Origin: Eledone cirrhosa
Taxonomy: Eukaryota
Assembly (NCBI GenBank): GCA_964016885.1
Contig: OZ024745.1
Span: 62,806,001-62,870,000, forward strand
Reading direction: 5' to 3'
Length of the DNA: 64,000 nt
Translations under genes and position numbers: made by a program
In this document: in pieces, positions 1-14,630 of the stretch
Layout of the letters: the number at the start of each line of letters is the position of its first letter
Numbering within the stretch: position 1 is the stretch's first letter
The notes under the pieces: generated by a model
The model's database searches: none
The model's input: the letters and a program-made list of their open reading frames with translations, nothing else
What the model was told of the DNA's origin: nothing

Positions 1-405
1 GCTAATACTGACTCGAAATATGAATTGCTGACCTGAAGTTTGAAAAGTCACTAGCTCAATCCATTTTCCTAACGCTCTAACAAATATTCTAAACCTATGA
101 ATATGTTCTCAAAATTAAAATGCTTGTGACAATCAGGTATGGGGTGGCATAATACAACAAATTTTAATGAAATTGTTTTGAAATTGTATGTTGGCATTAT
201 ATGAAGCGGAGTAAGATGTATGCGCATTTCGTGATGTCAGTACCTCTACCTGTCTGCCAATCGCCCTCGCTCTCTCATGTTCCTTTTCTTTCTAACTCTT
301 TCTCGCTTATTCCTGTAGTTTTCTTTAACGACCAATGTTATTGATGTATGTCAATTCAATTTCAGCAAATTCTTTGAAATATACATTTAAGGTTTCTCCA
401 TGTGT

Positions 406-419
406 ATATATATATATAA

Positions 420-494
<75 letters not shown>

Positions 495-495
495 T
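406..495. repeat. (TA)n-(GA)n compound microsatellite, representative of dozens of (TA)n/(CA)n/(GA)n tracts in the window
   Basis: Direct reading. Confidence 0.95.
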
Positions 496-612
496 ATAAA
501 TAGTCAGATAGATAAATACATATATAGATAGATAGATTGATAGGAGATAGATTTTATTATCACAAACACAAATCCAAACTGCTATGCAGTATATGTGAAC
601 GATTAATTTAAT

Positions 613-700
613 CCCAGTAGTTGAGTAGTGTTTAATTTATCGAATCCCACCATGAGAATGATGAAAGAAAATTGAAAAGATTAGATCTGAGAATGTAAAT
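613..700 (-). mobile_element. Highly decayed copy of tRNA-derived SINE family 1
   Basis: cccagtagttgagtagtgtttaatttatcga...gatgaaag...ctgagaatgtaaa loosely matches the younger copies. Confidence 0.4.
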
Positions 701-739
701 ATTTATATGTCACGTATGAAGAATATAATTTACTGAGAA

Positions 740-1020
740 AATGGTAGAGATTCGAAAAAAATATCATGCAAAGGAATTATTTCGTTTTGATGGTCCGGGT
801 TAAGATTTATTCCACAAGATCAGAGGTAAACCTATTCATGAAACATCCATGCGTAAGAAATATATCAATCACGATATTGTTATATGTATCCGTTTTACAA
901 ACTAAATTCTCTACATAAAACAAACTGCATTTGGAGAAAATGACTATAGATAATCAAAAGTATCAGACACGTCTAGCAGAGTAGAAATACTTTATATTGA
1001 ATATGATGTTCACACTCTAC
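740..1020 (+). pseudogene. Possible decayed Penelope-like RT fragment
   Basis: Frameshifted reading NYF-FDG...LFHKIRGKPI resembles the PLE RT motif NYFxFxGxxYxQxxGxxMG. Confidence 0.3.
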
Positions 1021-1067
1021 TAATGTATTGAGTATCTTTATAACTGTGGTTACCCCCGATCTGACTA

Positions 1068-1136
1068 ACATACACACAAAAACACATACTCACACACACG
1101 CGCGCGCGCACTCACACATACACACACACACACACA

Positions 1137-1215
<79 letters not shown>

Positions 1216-1226
1216 ACACACACACG

Positions 1227-1262
<36 letters not shown>
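1068..1262. repeat. (CA)n-(TA)n microsatellite
   Basis: Direct reading. Confidence 0.95.
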
Positions 1263-1330
1263 CAGTTATTCCCCGGTATTGTCGGGGATTACGTCCTAGT
1301 GCACCAGCGAAGTGTGAAAAACCGTGGTCC
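1263..1330 (+). mobile_element. Possible pogo/Tigger-like DNA transposon terminus
   Basis: TA|CAGTTATTCCCCGGTATTGTCGGGGATTACGTCC resembles pogo-type TIRs; no partner TIR found. Confidence 0.35.
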
Positions 1331-1639
1331 ATAAAAATGCCTATAAAGGTTACAACATAACGTGAGATATAAACCGGCAAATACGGTATATTGTTATTAA
1401 TTATTTAGCGTTAATTTACGGCATTAGGGAGCTGTCCATTGATCCCCTATTCGGGCAGAACCTTTCACAACAGGCTCAGTGGAACGTGACGAACAATATG
1501 CCTTTTCGAAGACTGCAAAACAAGAATACTTCCCTTAACATTAATTCTACACTTCCTTGAAGACCTGTCGCAGTGTAAATATTTGGGCAGCTGAAATCTT
1601 TTGCAAGAGAATGGGTTGCATGTGGCGGATAGTAATAGT

Positions 1640-1825
1640 TGTTTCTACTTTTGGCACAAGGCCAGCAATTAACCAGTTCATTACTGGTACTTTACTTTAT
1701 CGACCCCGTAATGATGAAAGGCAAAGTTAACCTCGGCGGATTTGAACTCAGAATGGCAAGGGCCGTAACTCTATGCGTCAAATCATGGCGTCCGACCCTC
1801 TACCGATACTGCTAATCCACCGCCC
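1640..1825 (-). mobile_element. Full-length tRNA-derived SINE family 1 (octopod OK-like) followed by an inverted copy of its head
   Basis: A box tagcagtatcgg and B box agttcaaatcc on the - strand; 18-bp TSD gtggcggatagtaatagt at 1622-1639 and 1877-1894. Confidence 0.9.
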
Positions 1826-2895
1826 TATAGTGGATTGGCAGTATCGGTAGAGGGTCGAACGCCATTGCTATCCACCGTGGCGGATAGTAATAGTGCTAAC
1901 AGATATTAGTTGCTACATAAGAGGGCTCCTCTATGACGAATAAGCAAACACTGACCAACAGCGGTACACTACTATGTGATACGGAGCAAGAGTAACACCG
2001 TTATCTCCGGAGAATATTCTCATTAGTAAGTCCGTAATATAGCTACGATGAGTTGAGTAAAGGGCGCTATAAAAGCCTAATATTCGTGGGTCTGAGAATA
2101 GTACCTAAATGGCGACTGGCGCGATTACGTCCATCACAAACCGCAATATGTTTACAAGTAATAAAATCAACACATAAATTGTTACTGGATTTATACTACT
2201 AATAGACTGTATACGAATAGATGCTCGATTAAACAATATTTCCAATTCAAATTGTAAAGCAGATGGTCGAATAAATTGTATAATTTGAGTTGCACTCAGA
2301 CTTGTTAGCATTTTCACAAACCGTCTTATAGATATATATTCGTGCTTTTACTTTACTTTCCTTCCTTCCATTTCTCATTACGTATCATTCTATTTCATTT
2401 CATATATGTCAGTTTATTTTCTGAAGAAGGCCAGGTATCAGAAACCAAAATATACTTTTCCTTCTATATCAAGCTTTAAACCAATATATTTCTTCTTTGG
2501 ACTGTGTTGTTTGCCAATATGCTTCCATTTATCTTTTGCATAAATATATGAATGTACATATATCTAGCAATAATTTACATACATCTTTATCAATATCGAT
2601 GTCAATGATGACGTAATTGGATTATGTATAATTTACATTAATTTTTAGTAGCACTATAGCAGCTTGCGTCGTAATTTTGGTGTTTGTATATAATAGTATG
2701 CAATATTTCTTATATACAATAAACATAAATACGTTTCCTTCTGTACGTCAGTTGAATATAACACTGCACACGCACATACACTCACTCTCACACATACAAA
2801 CATATATATATATGTGTGTGTGTGTGTGTATATATATATGTATAGTTCTCTTTCTCTCTGTATGTATATATATATATATATACACACACACGAAC

Positions 2896-2955
<60 letters not shown>

Positions 2956-2986
2956 TTTGTATGTATATATGTATATATATAGAGAG

Positions 2987-3041
<55 letters not shown>

Positions 3042-4197
3042 GGGAGAGAGAGAGACAGAGAGAGAGAGCGAGAGAGATATGGGGAGAGAGAGAGAGATAA
3101 TTTAAATTTTAAATGGACAAATATGGGTAATTATAATGAACATACACTCTTCTACTCTCATCTATTCCATAATCAATAAAGTGATGTGATGAAAATAGAA
3201 AGTGTACTTCCAGCGGAAACATGAAATTTTAATTGATAATTTCAATTTTACGCGGAAATAAAAGTTGAATTTCTCTCACATCTAATATGTTTATTATCAC
3301 ATCAGAAATTCTTACACCAGCTGAAGCAGATTGAAATGGACCGTTCCTATCTGCTGTTAATCTTTGTTTGGGGAGATTCGAAATTTAACTTAATAAATCG
3401 CAAAGAAGAGAAATTAAATGAAAATTACATCGAAGAGGAACAAATATACACATTACATCATGTTTCTCTTTAAACTGATTTAAAGTAACTTAACAACAGA
3501 TTTAAAGTAACTTAACAACAGTTTTACAGTAACTTCCAATTCCGCAAATATATGCGTAATGTAACAGTGCCGAAAAAATTAGAACTACGTTTTTCAGTAT
3601 GACTATTAGAAATGTAATCAAGTAATAAATAGTTGTACAGAAAGAAGCAGAGAGACTAAATATGTGTGTAACATATTCAATAATTTATTGCTGAATATAT
3701 GCGTTTCCATATGTAAACACTTAAATACGTGTAAAAATGTGTAATAGGCACAGGAGAGTGTTCACAATACTATCAATAATTTGTTTCAACAAGAAACATT
3801 TTAAATTGTGTAGTACCGCATATTATTTTGAAATGAGGAAATAGTATATGAGAGAAAATAAGAGGGTAGAAAGTAATATTGAAGCGTGAGGGGCATACAG
3901 GAAATGGAAACTAGAGAAAAAAAATCCTTATATGCAAATAATGGAATGCATATATGAGTACTAACGCAGAGGTAAACTACAAATAAATGGTCCAGAAATG
4001 AAAGAAGAGCGCAAAGTATGCACAAAAGCAAAATTAAAACACGTAATATCATTTACTTCCGAATCCATATCATACATGAAGTATGTTATTCATGAACACC
4101 AACATATAATTGTTATCTCATCAGCACCATAAGATATACGAAGGAACGTGAAAAGGTAATAATTTAGAACCTAGGTGTTTGAATTATATGAAATAAT

Positions 4198-4298
4198 TGT
4201 TTCTACTTTAGGCACAAGGCCAGCAATTACCCAGTACATTACTGGTACTTTATTTTATCGACCCCGTAAGGATGAAAAGCAAAGTTAACCTCGGCGGG
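4198..4298 (-). mobile_element. 5'-truncated SINE family 1
   Basis: Matches other copies; TSD attatatgaaataat at 4183-4197 and 4299-4313. Confidence 0.9.
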
Positions 4299-5195
4299 AT
4301 TATATGAAATAATGCTTTTATGACAATAGTAATATATTTTATCGTTTCCCGTGTAGAAACGTAAGATATGAAATGTTGGTTTCACTAGAGACTGTTTCTC
4401 AAACTCACAATTACTATTTGAGTTATTTATATATTATTTATTTTTTGTAATATCCTTTCTATAGAATCTCTTAGCTTACTTATTTATAGAATTATATATA
4501 TGTTTTGAAACGTGGAAAATGGTCATTGCCAAGTTTAAATTAGAGATTGGCCTAAAGAACGTTATGTAATTAATGCATTTTTATATTTATTGTGTATTTT
4601 TTGTTAGTGGGTTTCATTTTTAATAAACTAGCCAATGTGAAGCAGTACTATTCCAGGCCTGAAATTAGTATTGACTATATCGGTGAATTGCAAAATAGAA
4701 TTTATTATTTCTTTAGAATATTTTTATGGACAGTAGGGTAATGTTGAAAATTACTATTCTCCTAGATGCTGCAAACCATCAATTGGTTTTTGTTCCCGTT
4801 GTATACTGAGTGAAAAAATAATGAAAGGCAAATGTAATTGAATGCGTCATTTATTGTAAATGAACTTGAAGAAAAGTCAGCGAAGCAGTAAATATTCAGT
4901 GCAAGACTTTCATACTTAGTAGGTTCTAAGTTTTCCTTTTCATTGGGAACTGAAGCCATTTGCAGATGATAGTTTCTTGCTGTTAAAATTAAATGAATTG
5001 TCGAGTTCAAATAATATATAGCAATTCTTGTCCCCACATGCTTCTACTTTACTAGTACATTATATACTACTCCAAACACAGGCTCATATACATGCAGATG
5101 TGTGTGTGTCTGTATATGTGTTTGCTTGGCAGGGGAATTATTTTGTATGTATCTCTCTCTCCCCTCTCTCTCTCTGTCTCTCTCTATCTCTCTCA

Positions 5196-5230
<35 letters not shown>

Positions 5231-5234
5231 AATA

Positions 5235-5289
<55 letters not shown>

Positions 5290-5327
5290 TATATATATAT
5301 AAATATATATATATATAAATATATATC

Positions 5328-5361
<34 letters not shown>

Positions 5362-5970
5362 TAGAGAGAGAGGGAGAGAGAAAGAAAGAGAGAAAGATCG
5401 TGCTATATACATAGATAAATGCTTACTCAAGCATAGTTCACAAAAATATAAGCCTAAAAAATTAGCCACAAAGCACATCACACCAAATCAGGCATTACAC
5501 AAAAACAACATGTATAGAGGTGTATGTTTATATATATACATGTATGTGAACGTGCGTGAGTGTTTGGGTTGGTGAGTGTCTTCTGTGTGTGTGTGCGTGT
5601 GTGCGTGTGTGTGTGGGTGTATGTGGGCGTGTGGGTGTGTGTGTGTATGTGTGCGCAAGTTTGTGTAAGTTTAGGAATAGAGCAAAGTCCACGGCGGGTC
5701 TCAACTCTTTTTTGCAACCTCTGCTATTTAGAGATGTTTTTTGTTCATTATTATTTGACTTTTTCTTGCGTCAAATTTTCGTTGTATAACTAAAGTTGTC
5801 ATATGGTAACAGGTACATTATTGCAGAAATCAGAGCACCTTGCAGTATTTTGTCCCTATTGAATATCCTGACCATTCTAATTAATATTTATTTGTTACAA
5901 CCCTATATTGATTTGGCCCAACCCGACCTCGAGCCTGATGGAGGACAACCCATTTTAGTTATGACTATGC

Positions 5971-6072
5971 CTACGTTTGCTGAAGTTGCGTTGTTTGTTG
6001 TGGTCGTTTGTAAAACTTTAAAGTTCCCTCTAATGAAGTTTTGACTGATAAGTCTGTCAGATCGAACATTAC
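5971..6072 (-). CDS. Candidate terminal coding exon, unidentified
   Basis: Acceptor tttttaag|; phase-0 reading VMFDLTDLSVKTSLEGTLKFYKRPQQTTQLQQT*; a phase-1 frame is also open to about 5906; no homology recognised. Confidence 0.25.
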   Translation of the reverse strand, partial: VMFDLTDLSVKTSLEGTLKFYKRPQQTTQLQQT

Positions 6073-7672
6073 CTTAAAAACTCAGTCTGGTTTTATAAAT
6101 AAGTCTTAGTCAAATAATTGGTTTCATTTTATTACATACAAAGGGACAAACACGAACGCACAAATGTTTACATAAACACTCAAATGGTATATAAGATCAA
6201 TACATTGAGTAATTGTATATGTTTTATTTTTAGATATAATCAGACATTCTGATTAAAGTCTGTGATATTCAGTTTTGAGGACAATATATTTGCATGAATC
6301 TTATTTTACTTCTTATGGAAGACTTAAGTTAGTATTTGTGTACGTTACTTGAGAATTCAAATCTAGTAAATCGAAACACATCAGGTGAGGGTAACTAGAG
6401 GGACATTTGAGAGGGTAGTCATACCAGTCCTATGAAAAGATGCAAAGAATGCAGAGAACCTGACAAGCACCTATTAGGTTTTAATGCTTTTGTCCTTATT
6501 ACATTTGTCATTTAAATTGTTTTAGTATTCATAGAGGCAGTTGCTGACGCTTCTATCATTGTATCATTGCTGTTGTCTTAGTTATTGCTATTGTGTGGTT
6601 GTTTAGCTTTAATCGAGCAATCCTACGAACATGGGTGTGTCAGCGTTTAGCAATATCCTGTAATTTCAGTAGGAATTGGCAGAAATTTAATATGTAAGTG
6701 GAGCAATTACTTAGATGATTTTACTTTGATCATAAGTGTAGTGTTTCATATTTTAGCCCCAGGTTAAGCATAATTAAATAATAGTATGATTAAAAATATT
6801 CTTGCAATGTGATTTGAATGAGACTTAAATGTGTGTGTGCACAATAAGGGCAGTATCCAACATTGCAAAAACATTTAGTTATACATACACGTTAATTAAA
6901 TATATATAATTTATCATATTTATATATTGTATGTTATAATAATGTAATACATCGAAATGTAACTCGAATGGCTTTTAATATCTTAATTAATTTGACATAG
7001 TTCTTGCAAACGGTATGTTCTTATAAATGTGTATTAATGGCATTTTTTGCAGACTGGTATTGTGAGAATTAATGCAGAATTTCACGTGTTGGTGTCGCAT
7101 TAAAGAAAAGTATATAAATTACAATTACAATTTGCGTAAACAGCAATAGGGTTTACGTGTTGTCTCTATGACATAGATTATATGGATCTAGAAGACGGGA
7201 CAATATCCAAGGGGCTCTTAATTTTGAATAAATTATCTTTTTTGAATGTATATTTTGCCTCGTGCTTTCAAACAAAATCTGCCTTTGTCTTTACATATAC
7301 CCCACCTCGAAATATAATGATATTTAATGTTCAACACGACCTGCAATTGATAGTTAGTAGTTTTCATTTCATGTGATGAGAAACATTTAATTCCAATGTG
7401 CATCAAATTGAAATGCAAATTAAATTTTGCCAATTTCATCACATCACTATTTGATATGATTTTACTTCGGATATGGTATTATCAGAACATTCAGGTTTGA
7501 TAGTTTTTATAGTTTCATGGCAAAATCAATTCATAAACCAGTTACTCTCATTGTGGCAGTGAGATGTGTGTACAAATGCCGCGAGACGCACATACACGTT
7601 ATGTATATACGTACACCAATGTATACGCGTGTATACTCGAAGTATCGCCACAGTTCGTATATCTGTTTCATT

Positions 7673-7703
<31 letters not shown>

Positions 7704-8387
7704 CAAAAATTACCATCTTAAGCTGTCCTTTACATGTAGCATATTAATATGCCTTGTACATATGTATTCTGTCTATAATGCTTTCCCAAGTGTCCTGTCA
7801 TTTAGTCTTCATACTTTTCTCTATATTTTCTGTCTATGTCTCCACCCAATATTCACTGTCCATGTGTTCTGTGCGGGTGAATTGAACAAGTGGAATGTTG
7901 TATATGTTCTCCATATGTACCCTTTTTATGTATCATGCCCCACATTCTCTGGATTACATTTCCGTGTTTCCTGTCCTTGTACATAGGCCATTGTTCGGAA
8001 TGATATACAACATCGACCTTCCATTAATATGATATAAAAAATCCCAAAACAACGAAATATCAACGTTTGAACAATGTTGCAGAAAATGTCAGACGTTCTT
8101 TGGTTAATAAAAAAGCTAGATATAGCCGATTCTGAGGATCCACTGACACAACGTCATGCAGTATATACCTCTATTCCTTCTGAATTCATTCAAAGATTAA
8201 ATGTCAGTGCGGTCAACTTTGATTATCATCCATCCTTAATAGATAAAATAAGTAAACGACTGGTTTTGACACACTTCAAAGACATGATATTCTCTCAAAT
8301 AAAGTGTAACATGTTGAATGAATTATAAACCCATATTTTATAAATACATACATACATAGGTATATATATATATATTATATATGTATA

Positions 8388-8435
<48 letters not shown>

Positions 8436-10773
8436 TAAATATATACATGTGTATATATATATATATATATATGCATGTGTATATATATATATATATACAT
8501 ACATGTGCGTGTGTGTGTGTGTGTGTGTGTGTCGGTGGCATATGTTCCCCTTTATGTGTCACGAAATTATTATCTCGTTGTATGCCAATATTAAGAGTAA
8601 TTTACTTTCATGCTAATAAACACTAAACAAATGTCATTTTAATTATCTATTTTGAAACACATGCGGTGCGAGTGTGCATGGTATAAAATATAGCGAAATA
8701 TGAGAATAATCTACTTTATATACATATATAACATACATGACAATCGTGACTTTGACATAATTGGCGAATAGCAGCAACTGTTGAAACAGATCTGGAATGG
8801 CATATTTTGAGACAAATACAACGTATTAAAAAATATCATTCATAACATTTCTGTATCTGTTATTTATCCTTCGGGTTTCGATTCAAATGTTTTGTCATTA
8901 AGTACAAATTAATGGACAGGTCGTATTTTCATGAAGCAAAAAGGCGAAGTGCGTGCATTTACTAAATGAATTACCTACTAAAAATAACAATTACCAGATG
9001 ACTCAAAATTCAAAATCGTATGGCCTTACAAATACATTATACTAATACACTAAAGATAGTTTCCTTAAAAATTGTTTTGAAAGCAGATACACATTTCTTC
9101 CACGTTCGTATGGTGGTAATATGATGAAATCATTACCGATTAAGCAATCGACAATTTCAACGATGAAGATAACCATAGTAAAATCATATTCCGTAAAACA
9201 AGTGTGCGAAATAAATTATGCAACTAATACACACACTGAAACAAACAGAATAGAGTATATTACCACACACGTGTATGTGTATACATATGCCTACCATCAC
9301 ATATATGTGTGTGTCTCAATATATGTGTAAGGTTATATATATTTGAAGTGAGATGATACACCGATTCATAAGATGGCAGCATATTGGTGTTTTTCCTGTT
9401 TGCGACAGGATGGTGTAAAAGAAACTATAAGCTCCATGAATTTGAACACAGAATATTCCTGTTTATAAACAAATACTTGGTATGATATTGTACCAAATAC
9501 TTGCACTTTTTTGACATCTAAAAATGAATCAATATTGAATCTTATTTAATCTACATTAATGTTTATTCTTTACTCTGCTCAATTGGAGCCAACTAGATAG
9601 ATCAGACCATCAATGAAAGGCTTTTAACATGTAGCATTCTGTATTTAGACTTGTCTTTCAACGAACGCTTTATCCAATGTATTCTGTCTTTTTTATATTC
9701 TTTGCACTAGTTTTCCGAAATAGCATAGACCAGCAGAAATGCTTAGATATGCTTATAACAAACATGTAATGATTTTCTACTAATGTGTAGACATGCAGAA
9801 GACCATTAATTATCTGTATTTGATTCAATAAACCACCCCTATCTTCCTTCCCATTACACTAGGTAATTATAACAACTAGAATCTTACAAACGTGAAAATA
9901 GATTATTTGATTGCCGATATATTTGCATAAGCATGGCTGTGTGACATGCAAAAACATAGTATACCATCAAAATGAGATGGCACATTTTAAAAGTAGTTTT
10001 AGATATATGCTACAATGTTAAATATGAAATAATAACAGCCATGTGAGGTGCTGAAGAGTTCCAGTGAAAATACTGTTAAACTGAATGTGTAAATCATTTG
10101 CCCGGGATAGATGAAATAATTAACTACCACAGAATGACATTCCATAATTTGGCAGTATCTATTTATTTGAGATATGTAGCGTTCTCCCAATGTAAAATAT
10201 CAATTTAACAGTTAGCACAATATTCATGTTGGGGTGCTAAAGCATTTATAACTTTTATAGTTTTAGCTAACCGCCATACCGTTTAAAATACAACACATAT
10301 ATCTATAGAGGTGCCATCAGTGACACATTTAATTAATATTGTGCTACCTTAACACATAAGTCCAACGAATCTTGGAAGTTTCTCAGGGTAAATCAGTTCA
10401 CCAAAAATAGCGCTATGTCATTCAAAGTACATCCAACATTCTAGGAATTTATATAGTCTTACTTCTATTTCAAATGTGTTTCCTTAGTGGTATATTTCCA
10501 CATAGAATTAAGAAGATAATCCCCGATTCCGCATCGGTTGTTTCTATGTTGACAATGACTTTGAATGGATTATGTTTTCTGAATCAAATACAAAACGGAG
10601 TCAGAAGAGTATTCCAACGAATAACAATGTGATTTAAGATTAAATGGTCAAAAGACGGCACCGGAAATAAGATTCGGCAGTTTATAACACAAACACACTC
10701 AAGCTTCCAAGAGACATATTATATGTTTTTATATAAACAGACATTTGTATGAAGTTTACATATATATTTACAT

Positions 10774-10909
<136 letters not shown>

Positions 10910-11131
10910 ATATAAATATAAGTATGTATGTATACGAACATACATATATGTATACAGACGTACAGTAGTATGTATATATATACATACATGCACACATATA
11001 TATATGTACGTTTGGGTTTACCGAACATTTATTATGAAGCTCGGTTTGTTTGTAAACGAACAGCCCGAATTACGCCGTATAGTGTTCAGGTCACCATCGT
11101 CATCTTTTTGTTCAACACTGACACAGGAATG

Positions 11132-11168
11132 ATGTACTAGTTTCAAGCTTATTAGCTATCGTCAGCAT
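11132..11168 (-). ncRNA. Minimal type I hammerhead ribozyme in a TA-flanked PLE-like terminal fragment
   Basis: aug-CUGACGA-uagcu aaua agcuu-GAAA-cuag-UA-cau; palindromic stem III ACUAGU. Confidence 0.7.
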
Positions 11169-11289
11169 GGTATACCTTTCTGTCAGATGGTTGAACGTCT
11201 GAAAGTATATACTTTCCTTATGCATATTAACAGCTGAGCAGCCTAATTTACATATCGAGTGAGTTAGTCGGCCGGGCGCACCGAAAACG

Positions 11290-11334
<45 letters not shown>

Positions 11335-12035
11335 TTCAATTAATCACTCTTGTTTGTCTGAATTTCGTGGATTGAAACTGATCACACAACTAGGAATAAG
11401 TGACAGTATACATGGCAACAATAATATTTATGGCTTGTACCTTGTACAATGATATACTAGATGAGACTGGCATATTGTTACGACACTTTTAAAAAATGTG
11501 TCTCATGTAAAAGAAAAAGAAAGTAATCATATTGCCTGCTGCTTCCTCACTATATTTCCTCAAGTATACATGTGTCCTTACCTAGACGTATATATTTAAT
11601 ATCAAAATATCTATGTATATCAAAACTTTTGTCATTTTTATCAATTCGATTGCCGATTGTTTGATTTTAGTTAGATTAATTTTATTGGTAACAAGAATTA
11701 ATTTGTAGATACATACCCATAATCTTGATAATTATATTAATTCATATGATTGTCTATTGGTTGTTAGTTGTAATACTTGTTATCTATAACCGTAGTTAAT
11801 ATTGACAATGCTTTACTAGATATGTATGAAAGTACTAAATTTATTTCTGTTACCATTGAGTAAGTTAGAGTGTGGCAGAGTGTTACAATGCCACGCGTGT
11901 CCAAATCATCTTTTAGCGGTGTGATTTCACACAGAAACACACACACACAAACAGACACACACACACAGACACACACACAAATCTATATACATATACATAT
12001 ATACACACATATATATATATGTATATATATATATC

Positions 12036-12155
12036 AGGAAAAAAGATGAAATCGGAAATGCAACTGGCGTCTTTTTTTAATAAAAATATATATTTATTTG
12101 GTTCCTTTACCGGTTTCGCAATTCTTCTGCTTTTCAAAAGTAGAATTGAGATGGA
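12036..12155 (-). mobile_element. PLE-like terminal fragment, family E, with hammerhead 3' half
   Basis: - strand ...agaattgcGAAAccggTAaagga; homologous to 56407-56610 and 50770-50820; TA-flanked. Confidence 0.65.
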
Positions 12156-12172
12156 GAGTTATGGTTTTTCTC

Positions 12173-12222
<50 letters not shown>

Positions 12223-12672
12223 GCTATCATTTGTGTCAGTAATAAACAAGTATCCATACGTATTCAACGACTTAATCGATCATGATAACAGGTATATATA
12301 CTGTTCAGGTCTTCTAAATATCTTATCAAACATATTTTGTCAAATGGCAACGTTCAGTGAGGTAAACCCATAATGGGCTAAAAGCATAACCAGAGGCTCA
12401 GACTGACTCACGCACAATCCTTATATCACCGAGTGACTATAACAGAAGACGTTTTATAATTTGCTACTCAGTGGATTTGAACTCAGAACAACATGATTGC
12501 TAAACCAACTGATTAAATATATGATCATGTCTTATCGATTCACACACGCACACACACACATACACACACATACACACACCCACAACCATCTACTCACACC
12601 AAAACACACTTACACACACACACACACACACACACATACACACATATACACACATACATATGTGTGTGTGTG

Positions 12673-12747
<75 letters not shown>

Positions 12748-13149
12748 AGAGAGAGAGGGAGAGAGAGATGTTTGTAGATATAGATATAAAGACAGAGAGA
12801 GAGAGGGAAAGAGAGAGAGAGAACGTGAGAGATAGGGCGGGAGTAGAGGAAGAAAAGAAAAGTATAATGATCGAGAGATGAGTTTCTATAAATATGTGTG
12901 AGTGCTTTCATATGTGTTTTAACCTACAATAATAATCGAATGAATATCCTTCTAAGCGCTTGATAAACAACATCACTGACACAGCTAGTTGCTTATGGAA
13001 AACAAAAACGATTTCTATGAAAGGAAAATTTAATTTCCTGCATGCTCTACTTCATTCCTTTCTCTTGCTCACATGGGAACATCAGAAAATTAGGATTAGA
13101 ATCTTCTAACAGTTATTAAGTTATTTTATACTTTCTGTAGATCAAGAAA

Positions 13150-13932
13150 CCTACAATAAAACCCAGAGAATATTTTGTCAAAACATCCGTTTTATATGTC
13201 TTTAAACATATTAGATTAGAAGGTATGCTACCAGAATATATGCACCATGCAGTATTCGAAGGTCAGAAAACGCAAAAGAAACGCAGAGATTGTAAACATT
13301 GAAATATGCAGTGAAACTCTATAACATACGTTAATTCCAGATTTTTGTATTTTCAAAACCTACAACATTTTTGGGAGCATGACTGTGAGAATGCAGGACT
13401 TTTCTCGCTATTATGACGGTAAAAGAGTGAAAATTGAAGAGGAAGTTTAGAAAATACACCTCTCAGACAACCCCTTCATGTGGAAACTGAACAAAACAAG
13501 AATCATTGCAGACACTGTGAAACCATCAAATCCAAAACACACAAACCACAGATATAATTCCTCTCAACTCAAAGTAAACAAAATAACTACAGTCACTAAT
13601 ATATAGAACATCAGAGAACTACCTCCCACGGAAAGAAACTCCAAAAGAATAAAGGACAATCCCATAACATAAACCCTACGAATTTTAAAATAAATCCATC
13701 GGGATCAAATGGTATTCAGTCAAAGCCCATACACAATAATGGCTATAACAAGTACCACATTGTACACTATAAAAAATTGATAGAAAATCAATCTACAGAC
13801 CCACACAAACAACAACAATATCTGGATATGAACAATTATTTAGGACAAGGAGAGGAATACCAGGACACACGATGGCACACACACATAAGAAATATAAGGT
13901 AAATAACATTTGAAAATGTTATTGATAAACGT

Positions 13933-14000
<68 letters not shown>

Positions 14001-14630
14001 GGTAAGAGACTGAAATCTAAACACAACCAGCAAAAGTGAAATTTTCCCGACATGCAATATGGTATCATAAATTCTGTCGAAGGCTTAGGTTACCTGAATT
14101 CTTCTCCGAAAACACCGACAATGAAACCGATTCACTTATGATTTCTGGCCAGAGAACGGAAAGAATAAGGTACTTGGCTCCTACTGCGAACACCTTATAT
14201 ATTTCTCTTTGTAAAAGTTGGAAATAGAAATACCAAATCTAATTTCTCAAAAACATGATTGAAAGAACCTAATTGATTTACAAGAAAATCACCATTAAAG
14301 AAGCTGATAAATGTAGCACTGTTACCAGCATGAATACAGGCTACTATAAGGACCTTGCAGGTAAAATTTTAGAAAGCGACCGTTATTATGATAAGACAAT
14401 CGGCTATATTCAATATATGGAATATCTTCTACTTTTACTAACTAATAAAGAGTAAAGCCTCACCATAAAGGTAATCGTCTATATAAGCGAAAATACACAA
14501 ATGCAATCTGATAAATGACACGTGAAGAACTTCGAAACCAAATACATCCAGTTAACAACTCCAGACGACTCAAATCTTAAGCCAACTATAGTAGCCCATT
14601 GATATGAATTTCAAAACCCCTACGGACGAA
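13150..14630 (+). pseudogene. Decayed Penelope-like element ORF (N-terminal region and start of RT), interrupted by (TA)n
   Basis: HKFCRRLRLPEFF and ITIKEADKCSTVTSMNTGYYKDLAGKILESDRYY match PLE motifs FxRxLRLxEFF and IxIKxADKGxxxVxxxxxxY. Confidence 0.75.

Noticed and set aside
2415-2450. tatttt-CTGAAGA...GAAA-cc-aaaata hammerhead-like core
   Set aside because: Stem I pairs, but stem II and the UH site are missing; at most a decayed copy, not counted.
7740-7990. Possible minus-strand GIY-YIG remnant
   Set aside because: Only a vague resemblance; too decayed to call.
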